Shown here one piece after another: positions 8,239-11,182 of a stretch of DNA of 11,182 nt. Positions within the stretch are counted from its first letter, which is position 1. Each line of letters opens with the position of its first letter. A program made the translations under genes and the position numbers. Source of the stretch: Paraphysomonas bandaiensis (lineage: Eukaryota; Protista; Chrysophyceae); contig CBFFRP010000659.1 of the NCBI GenBank assembly GCA_965644295.1, positions 1-11,182 of the forward strand, in the 5' to 3' direction. Under the pieces are notes generated by a model. That model saw only the letters and a program-made list of their open reading frames with translations, did not search any database and was not told the origin of the DNA.

Positions 8239-9104
8239 TTCTTATATCCATTGATTACACATTGCGACTGTCTAAGATACGTGCACACACCACACAACAT
8301 ATTGATGGCTCGTAGAGCATCACAACAAACATAACAATTCATTCATATCTACATACTACATAACAGTGTATGTGTACGTATATGCAGCATATCTGTATAG
8401 CTTATTAGTGTACAATGGTCTCTTATCAGTGTTATGAGGAGGAGTGGTCAGTGTAGCTGTGCGGTGGACATACCCCCATGAATACACGTAGACAGACACC
8501 TGGAGATCTTCATACGCTATGAGTGAGATCGCTTACCTTCCTTCAGCGACTTGCTTGTTGAATGAGCGACTGCTCTGACTTCCAGGAGGGCATGAATACT
8601 GAATACCCCATGTTTCTAGACCGATTATAAAAAAAGAGACCTAATACGGACCACCGATGAATGCAATAGAACAAATCATTTCAATTGCTTTTCAGTACCT
8701 ATGTAGTGCTTATTTTTACCATCAAAAATCACAACCATTGCACTAGGGAATATTATTAAGAAGAATATATGATATCTAGTTCACGTTTCGTTTTTGCATA
8801 CACTTATAAATATATATGCTTTGTATCTTTATAGGTACACTCTATGAGTTCTAGTGCTCTCGTCTGCTGTCTTGAGCTGTAGTATTATATCAACGAGAAT
8901 AGTTTAAGAAACGATCTATATATTGATGAATAGCCTCATCATCACAACATGTATGTATGATTCATTCCAATAAATATTATTAATTAGTGATAGATCGAAT
9001 CAATTCAGGTGCACCAGTGCAACTATGGAGTGATATACATCCCCATTAACGTGATGTTGACAGTCTGTGTGTTGAGATTGCAGTACCGCAATCACGGGAT
9101 CTGG

Positions 9105-9440
9105 TCAACTTTCAATGTCTTTTCGTTTGCCACATCTCCGACACCTCAAATATACGCAGCGGTTGTTGCATCTGCCAAGGCACTTAGGGGCCCCATCGCA
9201 CTGACCACAGCACTCATGACCGTAAGAGTACCCTCCCCATGGCCCGTTGTGATCACCATTGTCGATGATTTCATATTGATGTATCTTCACAATAACAATG
9301 CGTTCCTCCTTCTTGTCACCTTCGTTGATGACTTTTAATGTTTCGCATGAGTTTTGCATTAAGTATAGCATACTGTGTCTCTTTCGATTGATAGTATTCG
9401 CTGATGTGATATGGTCTCTGAGGCGAATCGAATCGCTCAA
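9105..9440 (-). CDS. Small Cys-rich hypothetical protein or terminal exon (start uncertain)
   Basis: Open frame of 111 codons with a protein-like C-terminal half containing 8 Cys: HECCGQCDGAPKCLGRCNNRCVYLRCRRCGKRK. The track start is TTG; in-frame ATGs lie downstream. No family recognised. Confidence 0.4.
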   Translation of the reverse strand: MSDSIRLRDHITSANTINRKRHSMLYLMQNSCETLKVINEGDKKEERIVIVKIHQYEIIDNGDHNGPWGGYSYGHECCGQCDGAPKCLGRCNNRCVYLRCRRCGKRKDIES

Positions 9441-10123
9441 GTCATATGCGGCAGTTCATATCCTATTTTTGGACTTTTCTCTCATTGGTTGCATGAACTT
9501 TCTGTGTCCATTCTCTAACTAGTATAGTACAGTACAGTACCGCTAGATATACGAAGCATACAGACACTGCCTAGTTATCACACCAGCTACTGCTAGTGAA
9601 TCCATGACCAGCGAGTCACACACAGCAGGCTTGTATATTGTATACCAATGAAATACATAACAGCATACAGCCGTATAATGGCCTATTGTTGATACAGCTG
9701 CACTGCTGCTCACTGCTCTGCTATGTATAGTACATAATGTGGTGGTATGGTGTATGGTGTATGGTAGTATGGTATACACTGTAGTTCAAACCATAAGAAC
9801 CTGCTCTGTCATGCTGTGCTGTGTGTATATATATGTACCAACATAGAACTCGATCACACCAAAGAGATCGACTCCTGTCTATCCAATACCGTAGCTATAT
9901 CTGAATATGAGAGCTCCCCTCTCCTCTCTATCAGCAGTCTTATCTGGACTTCCAAAAATGCAACATTCGAATAAACAGAAGGTGGAGCAAAGGGTGGATC
10001 TAATTTCTAAAATCCGGGCGTTTGTTCCAACGTGGACCTCCAAAAATGAATCAATTTTTGCACCGCAACATCGCTACTTTTAAAGTATAGTGTAGCATAC
10101 ACCACAATAGTTTGGAAGCCAGC

Positions 10124-11064
10124 ATGCCTACGAAGAGCTCTACACCAAAAAAGAGGGAGGGACGAGGGCGGGCCTACACCCACCTGGAATTGGACACTCT
10201 GCTGTCTCTTGTAGAAGAGAGACTGCCTCTGGGCATGAGTAAGCATGTGCAATAACATACAAAATGTGATTCATTATACTTCAGACGGATGGGAGGACCA
10301 GACCAGAAGTCGTGAGGGCAAAAAGATCCCAGCGAGAAATCGAAAAACGCCAGTCCGTGGAAGAATTTGATGGCAGCTCTTCATCGTCTGATGATGATGA
10401 TGATGACAGCGTCCATGCGGAGGTATTTCCCACACAAGACGAATCTGCTAGTGTTCCGCACGGTAACAACGGTGATAATACATCTTCCCAAGAAATTTTG
10501 TCTTTTACGCCACATGAAGTTTCCTCGGAGCCCACATCAGCTATGCCGCCAAAGCCGCCTAAGAGCAGCAAGAAAAAGAGGCCCCACTCAACCACTCGAC
10601 GAGCAGGATATTGTGACCAAGAACTGAGCAGTATTGCAGCAGGGGAACCGGTTCCACCACCTGGTGGAAGCGCAATTATGAACAGTGGTTACAGTTCACG
10701 TAGTTCGTCCCCTTCACCTTCTTTCTTGGGTACAAAACGCCAAAAAAGACTACTTCATTGATACTCTTGGAAGTAGCGGTGCTACTGGAGATCCTAACAA
10801 TCGCCTCATCGAACTGTACAAGGCAGATGGAAGAGAGAAGAATTGAACGCATCCAGAGAGAGGAAAGAAGACGGGAGGAGCGACTTGAACGCGAGCAGTT
10901 GCGACGCACTGAAAAAGGGGAGCGTGAAGAACAACGTCGTGAGGACCGCGCAGCACTAGAAGAGCAGCGACGAAGGACGAAGGGATGACCGTAACATGAT
11001 GTTGATGTTGGCAGCTCTGACTGGTGGTAAAGTGAGTAACTTTGTGCCGGATGGTAACTACTAA
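10124..11064 (+). pseudogene. Disrupted DUF6818 / Myb-SANT-like protein gene with C-terminal E/R coiled coil, possibly transposon-derived
   Basis: ATG at 10124 gives MPTKSSTPKKREGRGRAYTHLELDTLLSLVEERLPLGM. An intron 10239-10284 (GTAAGC..TTCAG) follows, then NGWED, then in another frame RPEVVRAKRSQREIEKR. These resemble the start and end of DUF6818 as I recall it, with the middle missing. Next come an acidic/Ser-rich linker, KRQK-DYFIDTL, an E/R-rich coil and a RDDRNMMLMLAALTGG tail, which together need frameshifts at ~10299, ~10745, ~10823 and ~10977. Confidence 0.7.
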
Positions 11065-11182
11065 GCAATTCATACTAACTAGTATTCTTAAACTTTGGCT
11101 ACTTAGAATTAGTATTATTATTATGATTGTGCAAAAAATACTTGCCTAATCTGAGATATACCTCAAGTTCTCACACAAAAAA

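Noticed and set aside
9520-9780. 78-aa minus ORF and (AGTAC)n / (TGGTA)-like runs
   Set aside because: Low-complexity simple repeats with no coding signal.
10741-10990. Programmed ribosomal frameshifting in the DUF6818-like gene
   Set aside because: Four independent lesions, including an apparent domain deletion and a 7-bp duplication, are better explained by pseudogenisation.
10007-11073. Minus-strand ORFs over 10007-11073 and + strand ORFs inside 5104-5854
   Set aside because: Antisense shadows of the DUF6818-like pseudogene and the EF-hand gene.

Overview
AT-rich eukaryotic genomic DNA with GT-AG introns containing (AT)n/(AC)n tracts. A stramenopile-type protist is plausible, but that is inference only. 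Protein genes: a 4-exon LACTB2-like metallo-beta-lactamase gene (233-1767, -) with a hydrophobic N-terminal extension; an intronless N-myristoylated, calcineurin-B/recoverin-like protein with degenerate EF-hands (5137-6102, -); a truncated ankyrin gene built from 99-nt one-repeat exons with duplicated introns (7087-7605, +); and a multiply frameshifted DUF6818/Myb-like pseudogene (10124-11064, +). Intergenic DNA holds several small elements: five copies of a ~150-bp TIR-bounded repeat found only upstream of gene starts and oriented consistently towards them; a second repeat that co-occurs with it; a ~670-bp fold-back palindrome; and a 122-bp hAT-type MITE inserted in one fold-back arm, whose empty site is visible in the other arm. 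All calls are by eye; no searches were run.
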